Below, in pieces: positions 51,001 to 57,618 of a stretch of DNA of 64,000 nt. The notes below the pieces were generated by a model. That model was not told the DNA's origin. It worked only from the letters and a program-made list of their open reading frames with translations, and made no database searches. Origin of the DNA: a virus. The DNA lies in the IMG/VR virus record IMGVR_UViG_3300016471_001099, positions 1-64,000 of that record; one strand, given 5' to 3'. Both the position numbers and the translations under genes were made by a program. The number at the start of each line of letters is the position of its first letter. Position 1 is the first letter of the stretch.

Positions 51001-54000
51001 TGGAGAATTGGACAAAATAAGTGGTTGGCGGGAATTCGGCGAGTGGCTGAAAACCAAGAAACTGGCTTTTTTCGACGTCGAGACGACCGGAATACCGAAC
51101 GGTTCGCTAGAAGCTGGACAAGCCCTGCAGGTCGCAGTGATAATGGTGGAAGACGGGAAGTTCGACAAGCCGAAACGACTCGAGATTTGGATCAATCCCG
51201 GTTCCACCCCGTTGGAACCGTGGGTTGTAAAACACATCAAGTACGACGGAAAAACCATACCCGACGCATTAAGAATGTTTCCGGAAAAATTCGAATCGCC
51301 CGAACAAGCAAAACAGAAAATAGCGGAATTCATAGGCCAAGACGCAGTCGTTTTGTCTCACAATTTTAGAAATTTTGACTCGCGAGTCTGGAGACAGCTG
51401 ATGGGGGATCATCCCACGCTGGGCTGGATTGACACCCTCGCCATAGCCAACTGGATGTTCGCCATAGATAACGAACGAGCAAAAAGCATAAACGCATTGG
51501 AACGCTCGAGCGGAAGATATTCAATGATGAATTGGTTTACGGGCTTGGTAACGATAGATCTTCCCGGGGGAAAGCGATGGGGCTCCAGGGGTAGGAAACC
51601 GGGAGTTCTGGATAGGATCGCCCGCAGAGCCACTGGGCCACTTACTTTCACCCCGGCCCTATCCAAAAAGAAAGCCGTTCCCCAGTGGTATCCAAAGACA
51701 TCTGGTTCGCAATCCAACGAAGCGTTGGCGAAATATTTCGGGATTCCGCAGGTCAAGGCACACGACGCAATGGAAGATGCATCGGTGAGTTTCCGTGCGT
51801 TGTTAGAAATTATCTCCCTCGGGGAAAAATGGGACTCGGCCAGTTTGATGTTTCGTCCGGAATGGGTCAAGTGGGTTCAGTACCAAACGGACGAACAGTA
51901 TGCGGCCGACGTTTCGACGTGGAGAAGGGCAAACGGAATAACCGACGGGCAACGGGAAACGTTGTTCGATTCTGGACCGAGCCAACAAGGGCCGACACCT
52001 CCGCCGGGACCGGGGTCTTCCGGCGGTGGCTCCAATCGGGGACCGTCCTCTGGCGGCGGAGCCGGCGACGACCAAGGTCCTCCGAACGATGGTTCGTGGT
52101 CCACCGGCGGAGATGATCCGGATCGTAGATTTTTGTATCAGACTCCGAGCGGGGTCAAGGTGTTCGAAAGTTACGGCGGTATATATTTCGAACTCACCTC
52201 GGTGTCCCCGTCGGACGGCGCCGAGCAATCCGTATTGGTCGCAAAAACGATATCCGATGCAAGATTGCAAGGATACGGATTCCAATTCCACTACGGAACG
52301 AAATCAAACGGAGAGCCGGCTCGCTACAGGCTCCTCTCGTTGGAGGTTGTTCCGAGGAGCGACGTTACCGAATCTCAGGCGAGACAAATGGGAGTATCCG
52401 GTTGGGAACTTCACGGAATAGACGCAGCCGACGGAAAACTAAAACGTTTTGAATTTTCGCTTTTGAATACGGGTGAGGCCGAAGGCCCAAAGACCAGCAA
52501 TATGACCGAATTGCCGCTTTTCGTTTACGGGGATCCGATTTCTCGCACTTACGGCGTGGTGGGAGACGGTGCGCCAAGAACTCCGCTTCAGTATGCAGAT
52601 TATGCGAGAAGGGTCGCCTACAACAGGGGCAGATCCGACGACGGCCCGTCGGCCGGAATGTCGGGTCTGACCAACAGGGACGGGGTAACCAATTCGACCG
52701 ATTATTGGACGGCCAACGAAAACGACTACGAAATGGTCAGAATGACCGATGCACAACTCGTTTCCAGACTGTCTTCGGACAGGACGAGGTTCGAAAACCT
52801 ATTCCACGCCGGGCCGGGCGAAAACGTTTCGGCATCGAAAGTTCTCGACTCGGTGGCGGCGGCCAACAGGATAATGAGACTAAGGTCGAATGATTCGGTA
52901 GACAACAACGGTTTTACTGTCGCCCTGTCTCGTTCGGGATACAAACTTTCTGGTTCTTTCTCTCCTCCGCCGGGGGTCATGGACGGAAGTTACGTTCTTC
53001 CGTCTTCGTACGTTGCGACGAGGTCGGAGATGGCGAAAAACGCAAAACTTTCCATGATGCTCGATTTTTCTATCGCAAACGGAGGACTAAGAAACGCTGT
53101 AGAAAGGGCGAGCAGATTGTCGAGAATTCCGGCAAGAGAATTGATCGGAAGGATCGCCGCGCACGATTACCCAACCTACGCCGATGAGACCTACTACAGA
53201 AAATTCCGCAACGCATCCGAATTAATATCCGGAGGGACGGAAACCCCGTCTTCGCTCGGACTACTGATAGATCCATCGTCGGATCCGAGAACGGCGGCGA
53301 TACTGACGGATAGAGCGGCGATGATTCTCGGCGTAAATACCCTCGGATATACGGGTGTTTTTGCGAGGGGCGGAAGAAATTATTCGCAAATGGAAACGTC
53401 GGACCTGATGAACGAATTCAACGAATCCGTTTCCGATCTTTTCTCGTTCGATCATTCGGGTAGGTACGAAACGCCGGAATTCAGAATAAAGGCGGATGCC
53501 ACCAGGGATTCGCTGAGAAAAATTTCCGACGAAATGAGAAACAGATATTTCTCCTCGCTTCCCGAGGCGGCGCCGTCGTCTTCGGTTTCGGACGAGGCAG
53601 AAGCGGGCATGAGTTCCGGAAACTCTCCTTTCGGGGAAGCGGACGGACTGCCGATACTCAGCGGTTCAAAGTGGTTGGACGCCCGCCTCCACGCCATATA
53701 CGGGGACGTCGAATACGAGAAACAAGCGGCCAAATTCGGCGACAGATTCAGGACGTTGCCTCAAAGAAACTGGGACTCCCCGACCGACGACGACCTAGTT
53801 GATGTCTACCACTACGCCACGATGCTCCATCACGATGCCCTAATAGAGGAGTTGACCAGAAGAAACGAGAGGTCGGATATGGTCGACTTTGTGTCCAGCG
53901 ACCCGGTGGACAACGGATCTATTGCCGTCATGGACAAAGTGTCGGATTTTTCCGGAGCGCCGAAACAACGCATCGGCGAATTGATTTTGCGCGGCAGGGA

Positions 54001-55753
54001 CGTCGCCGTAACCAGACGCTTGGCGGCCATGGACCCGTTCGCCAGGGCGGAGGAAATGGACGCAATCAGGCGCAGGAAAGCGTTCGCAAGATTGATAGAG
54101 GACAAAAAGCGGGAACTCGGGGACGATTTTGCCGCGTGGCTAGCCGCCCAATCCATAAAAGGCGAATCCGAGACTAGAACCGGAAGGCGACGCTCGGAAT
54201 TCGAGGATTTGATCGGTTCGTCCGGTGGAGGATTCTTCGACGAAACTCCAGGCGAAGCCATGGACGGTCTTTCCGACCATATGGGAATGGAAAGGGACGA
54301 ATCGGACGGCGACGACACGGAGGCGGGAATGGCGGGCAGGCGCCCCTTCATACGTCAGCGCTACGACGTGAAACCCGTGGACGGGGGATTCGTGATAATA
54401 GACCTAGACAATAGGAACGCCGTTTCTAGCAGGGTTTTCAAAGATAAGCGCGAGGCGCTACGCGGTGCGGCCAAGATGGACAGAGGGGACAGAAGTTTTG
54501 ATCCGTTCGCAAGTCCGCAACCGACGCCGCCACCAAGAACGATATCCGAAGCGATCGCATCGGACCCGGCCGCGCCAAAACCAAAAGATTCGAGCGAAGC
54601 CCAACCGAGTTTGTTCGACGACAACGGGGACCCAAACGTCGGAATGTCCTCCGGCTCCTTGCCGAACAGGCTCAGATTTTCTCCGAGGAAGAGAACCGAG
54701 GAGCGAATAAGCAGGGACAACGTAAGGACCGCAATGACGGAGTACGAGACTGGAAGGGCATCCATCCCGTATCCGTCACCGGAAGACGTGCCGGTATCGA
54801 GACTAATGGGCGGATACGCCGCCGCGGATTCTTCGCTTCACACAGTCATCGGACGATTGGAGCAAATAGCATCGGCGCCCGACGACGACGCTCCGGGCGC
54901 AGAAACGAGGGACGAAATAACTCGTCTCATCTCGAACATGGAAAAATTGCAAAAACGCAGAAACTATTTCTACAACCAGCTGAGAGACCGACTGGATAGC
55001 TCGGATCCCGCATACCAGACGCTGGAGGGGTGGCACGCGGAAAGAGCCGGATTGGACAGGGAATCCACGACTCGTTTCGGCTCCGGAAATTTGCCCGGTT
55101 ACGTTTTGCCTTCGGGGTTGGGGAGATACGGTCTATCCGATTCGCAGATATCACCGAAATACTCGAACCAGTCCGGCGACGCCGCGTTCCTCGAGAACAT
55201 GATCAGCGATGCGATAGGCGAGTATTCGTCCGATTTCTCCGTTCCCAAGGAGGAAGAGTATTACATCCGCTCGGAAATGAATCGAGTGTTGCGTTCCATC
55301 CAGAACGACGTGAGCGAAATGTCCAGGAAAAACAGGGATTCCGTAATGAAATTCGGACAGAGATCGGCGAGAATCGGAGCTCAGACGATAGTTGCGGCGT
55401 CTCGAATTTCCACCGGAGAAGACGTGAGGAAAGCGATACTTTCGGCCGGATTGAAGAAAATGATGCAGGACGGAGGAGCAAGATTAGGCCTCGCCTACTT
55501 GATAAACGCAGTGGACGTGGGACTAATAACTCAGTCCGACGCCAAAACGATGCTGAGGAATGCCAAGTCTTCGTCGGACGTCGTCGCCGAAAGGATCAGC
55601 AAAGCTCAGAGCATGACGGCAAGGAGTCAGATGTCCAGAATGATTTCCGACATGTCGGGGACATCCAGTGGCAGAAAGTCTTCCGAAAGGGGAATTTCCG
55701 ATAAGCGTCTGTCAATGATTACCGAAACGCTTTCTTCGGAGCTAGTCAAGTAA
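42017..55753 (+). CDS. 4578-aa multi-module protein with N-terminal HK97-type prohead protease
   Basis: Uninterrupted ORF. DSVGD...WGHDWNSPIG...WSIGY...LYEVSPV..GAN at the N-terminus, followed by many unrelated modules. Confidence 0.88.
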   Translation: MTNEQVSQEADYLYKSLNAQFNIDEAQGIVEAFVAGIGNKDSVGDICLPGCFTSSLKRRKPRVVWGHDWNSPIGKVLEIYEVGPNDPRLPAKMRKAGIGGLYARVQFNLKAEKGKEAFANVSFFGMEQEWSIGYKTLDAVFDPVQTANLLKEVELYEVSPVLHGANQLTGTISIKADSVEAETKEKAASKPVLRDPKGGLTAAGRAHFKRTEGANLKPGVKGPADTPEKMRRKGSFLTRFFTNPSGPMKKPNGEPTRLALSAAAWGEPVPKDASDAAKLAAKGRRLLERYENTKKKKKDDSDSVESKNHVAAIYAAMTSPQNEVFGRASQLTRALATRFGGPVRLVTADNDIAVFEMGAGDSTETMRVAYHYDGDEFMFGTAQKVKPETVYIPVNDSNAGQIQNGVAMGISAVEDKPGSHCCPGCAHGGNCDATVALGNNENPKIAFLKLKSLGDQLDFKVVPVDGGFVLQGFGFLTEEAQNYVIGKIENEPEQKLLNPVGSLARRTIGVPNARASFNIDTNPFTARDADLDKLVLEGNPLVNLGRGIPDPTPFGAPDIPAVGKPGVPERYVPNVGGRRPIAPRMPAVPEPDEIPEPAREPNKQPKPERTPVTPRRPNREPVPAPAPPEREPVTEPSVPQPEREPVPVPRRPEREPTRPTVPVPPRRPVPVGRASNEDFAIAAMGGGRRTPKELADELAQLDSSDRPSRQTRQRRVRDAGIDQMRRLALLDDAEAGMSGPYGEGRKYEEIDSLIESPALDGDRTLHLDPSTGKIYVADPIEREYLSSRFGNDYFLENAYMDEWDWDEIDNVGYDDMGNLVRRSPTGDEIIFSREQFGSTGTDAGMASRKTSRSESADLGRKIWLERTHDRISLEEAGRRNGITRQEARQLELRHQKYLRDLGVDHPNRVLRSKVDDPSVGLTDAEKDLLRRRLDGELLQEAADRLRTDRYAVRRMEQLALAKMRNGMAGDETSAGMAARSGGRAVEADRPKARRAKGPVSRRKRNAVDPTFLQILDSLKDSGPTNITSRQRIRLASMMRLRTAIQNKINYMLATDARKRRLSNLGPEIEDLNKGIRGPFESLAEAARLATGRPSDLVSSVMKTANGDHDPLDLDGSINVQVFEAMLSTGGDVAAVARTMGMDEEVVKIRTNAHAMRVLASSRPAKMRIHRRIEEMGDKLTSKEKIMLRMWINGASNLDIAEKLGSGMDEKSVISSRSAALKKIGIDVDSPELTSKIVSGRIFYDEHGLFFGLTDEAGRTTYNRIGDGPSAGMAKRSTSVVEADFGDGRREYAVSRVVARDRSSGNEESVMLMPLRGDDETTVSALVGKALLGDDSRGFNLEFPATLTKSGGRIVAVSDGRGKAVPYYGERAFDPGEPVVMDGPLRSARARARKISALRENDTASRIKTGQDVIGSEARYSNLVKAMDRLVSTGDWIGGDLGVTGRVPDADTMLRYGIDADVDGSPIVPSNSSREQFVLRQAEWFLERNPNATAEELDSFVEQANEARINQISRKIDLAGKELARVTHARDSMEARRAQNVVDLETLDPEIARALSAETAFISGLSGTEMDSSGISQGADGFVYAVHKGPDRLAGGVLDPSRSVGRARNAIDVAGQGDTRGANRIYVDRFVQSANAESEMAKLADDLLASVSRGDRSISVAPAIRASLASYSPLMARVMNGEGYFNLENFDEARRSAIALEIGKFASLRKERSERYGKIMESLRKHGGKNMDQILSAEADPISALLSTNFYGRYADDDLPEDVVAFKPGFVDNLTRRWDPLDEEMLRRWDSTGSLRGGAFLTVGREDSEIVRGGLLGPTSEAQIVAPLKPLIGVSTPVSVLSDDSESRALVSALGPAIVARAIKMHKRDGFVDVETVLTDPDLAPSGFSYAETEAEAGMAAFEPRRPILDERGRLDPVLTRDEAIADDRDERASEGGQIGRLLVPQSSSVFVEAPPNDLTPETRRAQWAVGYTDSVADVMPELGYPQRMVHVVSPSALPPDNTKFPVGDEGQLLMLDQEPIDFLAQALNDVNGLTRAEKEAQREALGDRGFDTEADPDSDFTPIERSPIYLVVETVNEPDLQGPGYDGRRRTRIVRVREIPRMRLSMRADDDQPGGGPYWRSLDAEAVARGEPGRTTTEGLGFLDLLIDVDPNWDGDLVDDTRVVRVKPENIVGRIVSESELWNTSRITREIYLGEGARTATYRRPISRFGDETEAGMTTTKRGMDLVARTNKYRPSEDGEYVIPESVMPRRDQDRMFEIARTISSGEFDPLDWRTEGELAALLEKAENVFPIKPTRRHPHHDDERLGRLYDVTRARNGFVYPLYRNREATMNFNFGQLLSFDPNTSVYSYLDGVNPEVYYFPVRIGRTTYGADDFSYHPASRIGYVRLMQDKKGHYYEMRKWNHPNNSDPNSYGSAINWTDDGDSFKLIEEEGKFHLSRNKTLDDRLGFLGDSPQKILAEIARRAPTYPSGETSFWDLAMRETPSFDGDGYPTRRRTGYAELPGTPTVTESTDMNGLRLLIDAANRDGVGLKLSVVAGFRPGEKSYSRVTDSEVFMPRLARGEIDPTTREFVSDPDGMDHLIGFDSSGTAIAHELSEVLMNNETNPSSPRRSVDHFPDYEDGVTEAGMSAPIDRYVRTTEPTRDDEGTSEGRREVQIVDLPSTQSARNGGNYDDSPASVIAAAVDKVRAMDSDAGADFNDEKHGLTFSYPSSIKGTTGKKELRNRTLINPIVVYGEYDPETNETYILATDETGVTRLVPMSKVDLKAMVAGDPNAGDHSGNPDVQDGTYATYVVGEEIVGGKTQTRIFNTERMKPVLGSPRTTSVVDDQGAPTGRSERIVTQPRPTTTDAESAPSIEASDSDDPFFLQHMEPPRPQAFNAQTTMPVGDGDVQLFPGTDKPTAWEVAKGLAAGDPKAILARKADEMMLWDKIRKGMQKWLKPWGKHESKIIKDESGAPVINPANGLPFYRSPYRKPWTPWGNPLDENGKELSDGIRGELDKISGWREFGEWLKTKKLAFFDVETTGIPNGSLEAGQALQVAVIMVEDGKFDKPKRLEIWINPGSTPLEPWVVKHIKYDGKTIPDALRMFPEKFESPEQAKQKIAEFIGQDAVVLSHNFRNFDSRVWRQLMGDHPTLGWIDTLAIANWMFAIDNERAKSINALERSSGRYSMMNWFTGLVTIDLPGGKRWGSRGRKPGVLDRIARRATGPLTFTPALSKKKAVPQWYPKTSGSQSNEALAKYFGIPQVKAHDAMEDASVSFRALLEIISLGEKWDSASLMFRPEWVKWVQYQTDEQYAADVSTWRRANGITDGQRETLFDSGPSQQGPTPPPGPGSSGGGSNRGPSSGGGAGDDQGPPNDGSWSTGGDDPDRRFLYQTPSGVKVFESYGGIYFELTSVSPSDGAEQSVLVAKTISDARLQGYGFQFHYGTKSNGEPARYRLLSLEVVPRSDVTESQARQMGVSGWELHGIDAADGKLKRFEFSLLNTGEAEGPKTSNMTELPLFVYGDPISRTYGVVGDGAPRTPLQYADYARRVAYNRGRSDDGPSAGMSGLTNRDGVTNSTDYWTANENDYEMVRMTDAQLVSRLSSDRTRFENLFHAGPGENVSASKVLDSVAAANRIMRLRSNDSVDNNGFTVALSRSGYKLSGSFSPPPGVMDGSYVLPSSYVATRSEMAKNAKLSMMLDFSIANGGLRNAVERASRLSRIPARELIGRIAAHDYPTYADETYYRKFRNASELISGGTETPSSLGLLIDPSSDPRTAAILTDRAAMILGVNTLGYTGVFARGGRNYSQMETSDLMNEFNESVSDLFSFDHSGRYETPEFRIKADATRDSLRKISDEMRNRYFSSLPEAAPSSSVSDEAEAGMSSGNSPFGEADGLPILSGSKWLDARLHAIYGDVEYEKQAAKFGDRFRTLPQRNWDSPTDDDLVDVYHYATMLHHDALIEELTRRNERSDMVDFVSSDPVDNGSIAVMDKVSDFSGAPKQRIGELILRGRDVAVTRRLAAMDPFARAEEMDAIRRRKAFARLIEDKKRELGDDFAAWLAAQSIKGESETRTGRRRSEFEDLIGSSGGGFFDETPGEAMDGLSDHMGMERDESDGDDTEAGMAGRRPFIRQRYDVKPVDGGFVIIDLDNRNAVSSRVFKDKREALRGAAKMDRGDRSFDPFASPQPTPPPRTISEAIASDPAAPKPKDSSEAQPSLFDDNGDPNVGMSSGSLPNRLRFSPRKRTEERISRDNVRTAMTEYETGRASIPYPSPEDVPVSRLMGGYAAADSSLHTVIGRLEQIASAPDDDAPGAETRDEITRLISNMEKLQKRRNYFYNQLRDRLDSSDPAYQTLEGWHAERAGLDRESTTRFGSGNLPGYVLPSGLGRYGLSDSQISPKYSNQSGDAAFLENMISDAIGEYSSDFSVPKEEEYYIRSEMNRVLRSIQNDVSEMSRKNRDSVMKFGQRSARIGAQTIVAASRISTGEDVRKAILSAGLKKMMQDGGARLGLAYLINAVDVGLITQSDAKTMLRNAKSSSDVVAERISKAQSMTARSQMSRMISDMSGTSSGRKSSERGISDKRLSMITETLSSELVK

Positions 55754-55804
55754 TTATTGTTGTTGCATTTGAATACGAACAATTCTTCTACAATTGGAGA
55801 GATT

Positions 55805-57400
55805 ATGAAATTTCTGCGCCAACACCAAGTCAAGTCGCTTGCCTCCGAATATCAAATCGTCATGGGCGAACTGGACCAATTGGAAGAGGACGAACCCAAC
55901 GACGACTACGTCCTCTCCATTCCCACTCCGGATCTTTTTTACGCAAAGTCGGCGATAGACGAAGTGCTGTCCGCCTACGACATGAGCTCGAGCGCCATCG
56001 ACGGCGGAATAGTTTTACACGATGCAAAAACGATCGGTCCATCGCTGGTGGGGGAACTCAAAACCGCGATTTTTGATCTATCGCAAAAGGCCTTGGGGGC
56101 GACGATCGGCGGTGCCGGAGGGGGAGGTGGAGGAGGAGCCAGCTCCTCAGACATGATAGACAGGGACGGCGACGGATACATATTCGACGGAACTCCTCAG
56201 GAGCAAAGAGTCCCCTACAAGCGTCGCGACGGAAAACCAGTGGGTGGCGGAGCGCCGACGGGGATGGAGGCGCGACGCAGACAATTCGTGCGCGGGGAAG
56301 CCGCCAGACAGGGCGTACAACTCAACAGGGGTCCGCAACGTTCGGAACAAGAAAGACGTTTCAGGACCGAGGCAAGAGCAAGATTCGACAGAATCGCCCT
56401 GGAGGGTCAGGGCTTCATCCCGGCGGACAGAATCGAAGCCGGTGATAAGCGCAATTTCGAGAATCGCATGGGCGACGTCAACGCCGGAAGAGTGGACGAC
56501 CAAGGCAGAAGCGGTTTTGGTTACGGGGGCGAAAGGGACACCTCGTTCGAGGACAACGAAAATCGCCGACAGCAAGGGTTGCGCGACACGTCTTTCGAGG
56601 ACAACGAAGAGCGCAGGCAAGAAGGAATGCGCCCAGCGGACACTTCTTCGCAGCGTGCCGAAGATGCACGAAATAGGGGTAAGCGACCGCAGCGTCCAGT
56701 TGATCGACTTAGCGGCGCGGGCGGACCAGGTTATGACGAATCGTTCAATAGAAATGAAACTCGCCGACAGCAAGGAATGCGTCCGGCGGATACGTCAAAC
56801 CAAAGAGCGGAAGAAGCCCGTCAGGGAGCTGCCAGACCGCAGCGTCCAGTTGATCGCCTCGGCGGTGCAGGTGGACCGGGTTACGACGAATCGTTCAATA
56901 GAAATGAAACTCGCCGACAACAGGGAATGCGTCCGGCCGATACGTCAAACCAGAGAGCTGAAGACGCAAGAAACAGGGATAGGAGGCCGCAACGACCGGT
57001 GGATAGATTGCCGGGAGCGGGAGGCCCCGGATACGACGAATCATTCGGTAGAAACGAATCTCGCCGACAACAGGGAATGCGTCCTGCGGACACGTCAAAC
57101 CAGAGGGCCGAAACCGCTCGCCAAAGGGGCGCCAGACCGCAAAGACCGGTTGATCGACTTAGTGGTTCCGGTTCGCGTAGGGTCGACAATTCAAACGAAA
57201 CTGCGGAATCAAATCGCATGAATCGGTCGCGTCCCGCCGATAGGTCTTTTGAAAGAAACGAATCTTCCAGGCAGAGTCGCAGTGCCAGAAATACAAGAGA
57301 GCTTCAGAAAAGACCCGTTGATCGGATCAACACGGCTGGAACGAGACCGAGGAAATTCCCGCGTGGCCGAAGCGATTATTACTACGGTGGCAATCCGTAA
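55805..57400 (+). CDS. Head-locus protein with DRDGDG motif and 50-aa Arg-rich repeats
   Basis: 531 aa from MKFLRQ, with GGAGA and TACAAT upstream. Confidence 0.75.
   Translation: MKFLRQHQVKSLASEYQIVMGELDQLEEDEPNDDYVLSIPTPDLFYAKSAIDEVLSAYDMSSSAIDGGIVLHDAKTIGPSLVGELKTAIFDLSQKALGATIGGAGGGGGGGASSSDMIDRDGDGYIFDGTPQEQRVPYKRRDGKPVGGGAPTGMEARRRQFVRGEAARQGVQLNRGPQRSEQERRFRTEARARFDRIALEGQGFIPADRIEAGDKRNFENRMGDVNAGRVDDQGRSGFGYGGERDTSFEDNENRRQQGLRDTSFEDNEERRQEGMRPADTSSQRAEDARNRGKRPQRPVDRLSGAGGPGYDESFNRNETRRQQGMRPADTSNQRAEEARQGAARPQRPVDRLGGAGGPGYDESFNRNETRRQQGMRPADTSNQRAEDARNRDRRPQRPVDRLPGAGGPGYDESFGRNESRRQQGMRPADTSNQRAETARQRGARPQRPVDRLSGSGSRRVDNSNETAESNRMNRSRPADRSFERNESSRQSRSARNTRELQKRPVDRINTAGTRPRKFPRGRSDYYYGGNP
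56621..57165 (+). repeat. In-frame 150-nt tandem repeat (about 3.6 copies)
   Basis: Units start at 56621, 56771, 56921 and 57071; synonymous variation between units. Confidence 0.9.
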
Positions 57401-57414
57401 AGGTCAATCGATAA

Positions 57415-57618
57415 ATGAAACCTAGTTCTGGAGGTGGGTACACCCGTGGCAACCGTGTTATGGGTTATGATAAACCTGCACAAAATAACGGAGCTAAATT
57501 CAAATATCACTGCATAGCAACTGGCGAAAAACGCCAGTTTCCGTGCGGAAGTTGCGGCAACCACAAGGCTTGCCTCACCTCGACAATGCAATACAAGGAG
57601 CGAAAACATGGAACCTGA
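57415..57618 (+). CDS. Small Cys-containing protein
   Basis: 67 aa. C-x9-C-x2-C-x5-C; overlaps the next start. Confidence 0.55.
   Translation: MKPSSGGGYTRGNRVMGYDKPAQNNGAKFKYHCIATGEKRQFPCGSCGNHKACLTSTMQYKERKHGT

Noticed and set aside
47690-54331. AGM sites as internal ribosome-binding sites (GAG GCN GGN ATG reads GAGG-N5-ATG)
   Set aside because: Only 3 of 13 sites (47708, 48665, 54329) have GAGG; the others use GAA, GAC or TCG. It is not the general explanation, though origin of modules from once-separate genes remains possible.
42017-55753. Inteins as the cause of the giant ORF size
   Set aside because: No HINT N-terminal block, His-Asn/Cys-Ser-Thr junction or LAGLIDADG motif was seen.
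56621-57165. CRISPR array
   Set aside because: These are 150-nt in-frame coding repeats with synonymous variation and no unique spacers.
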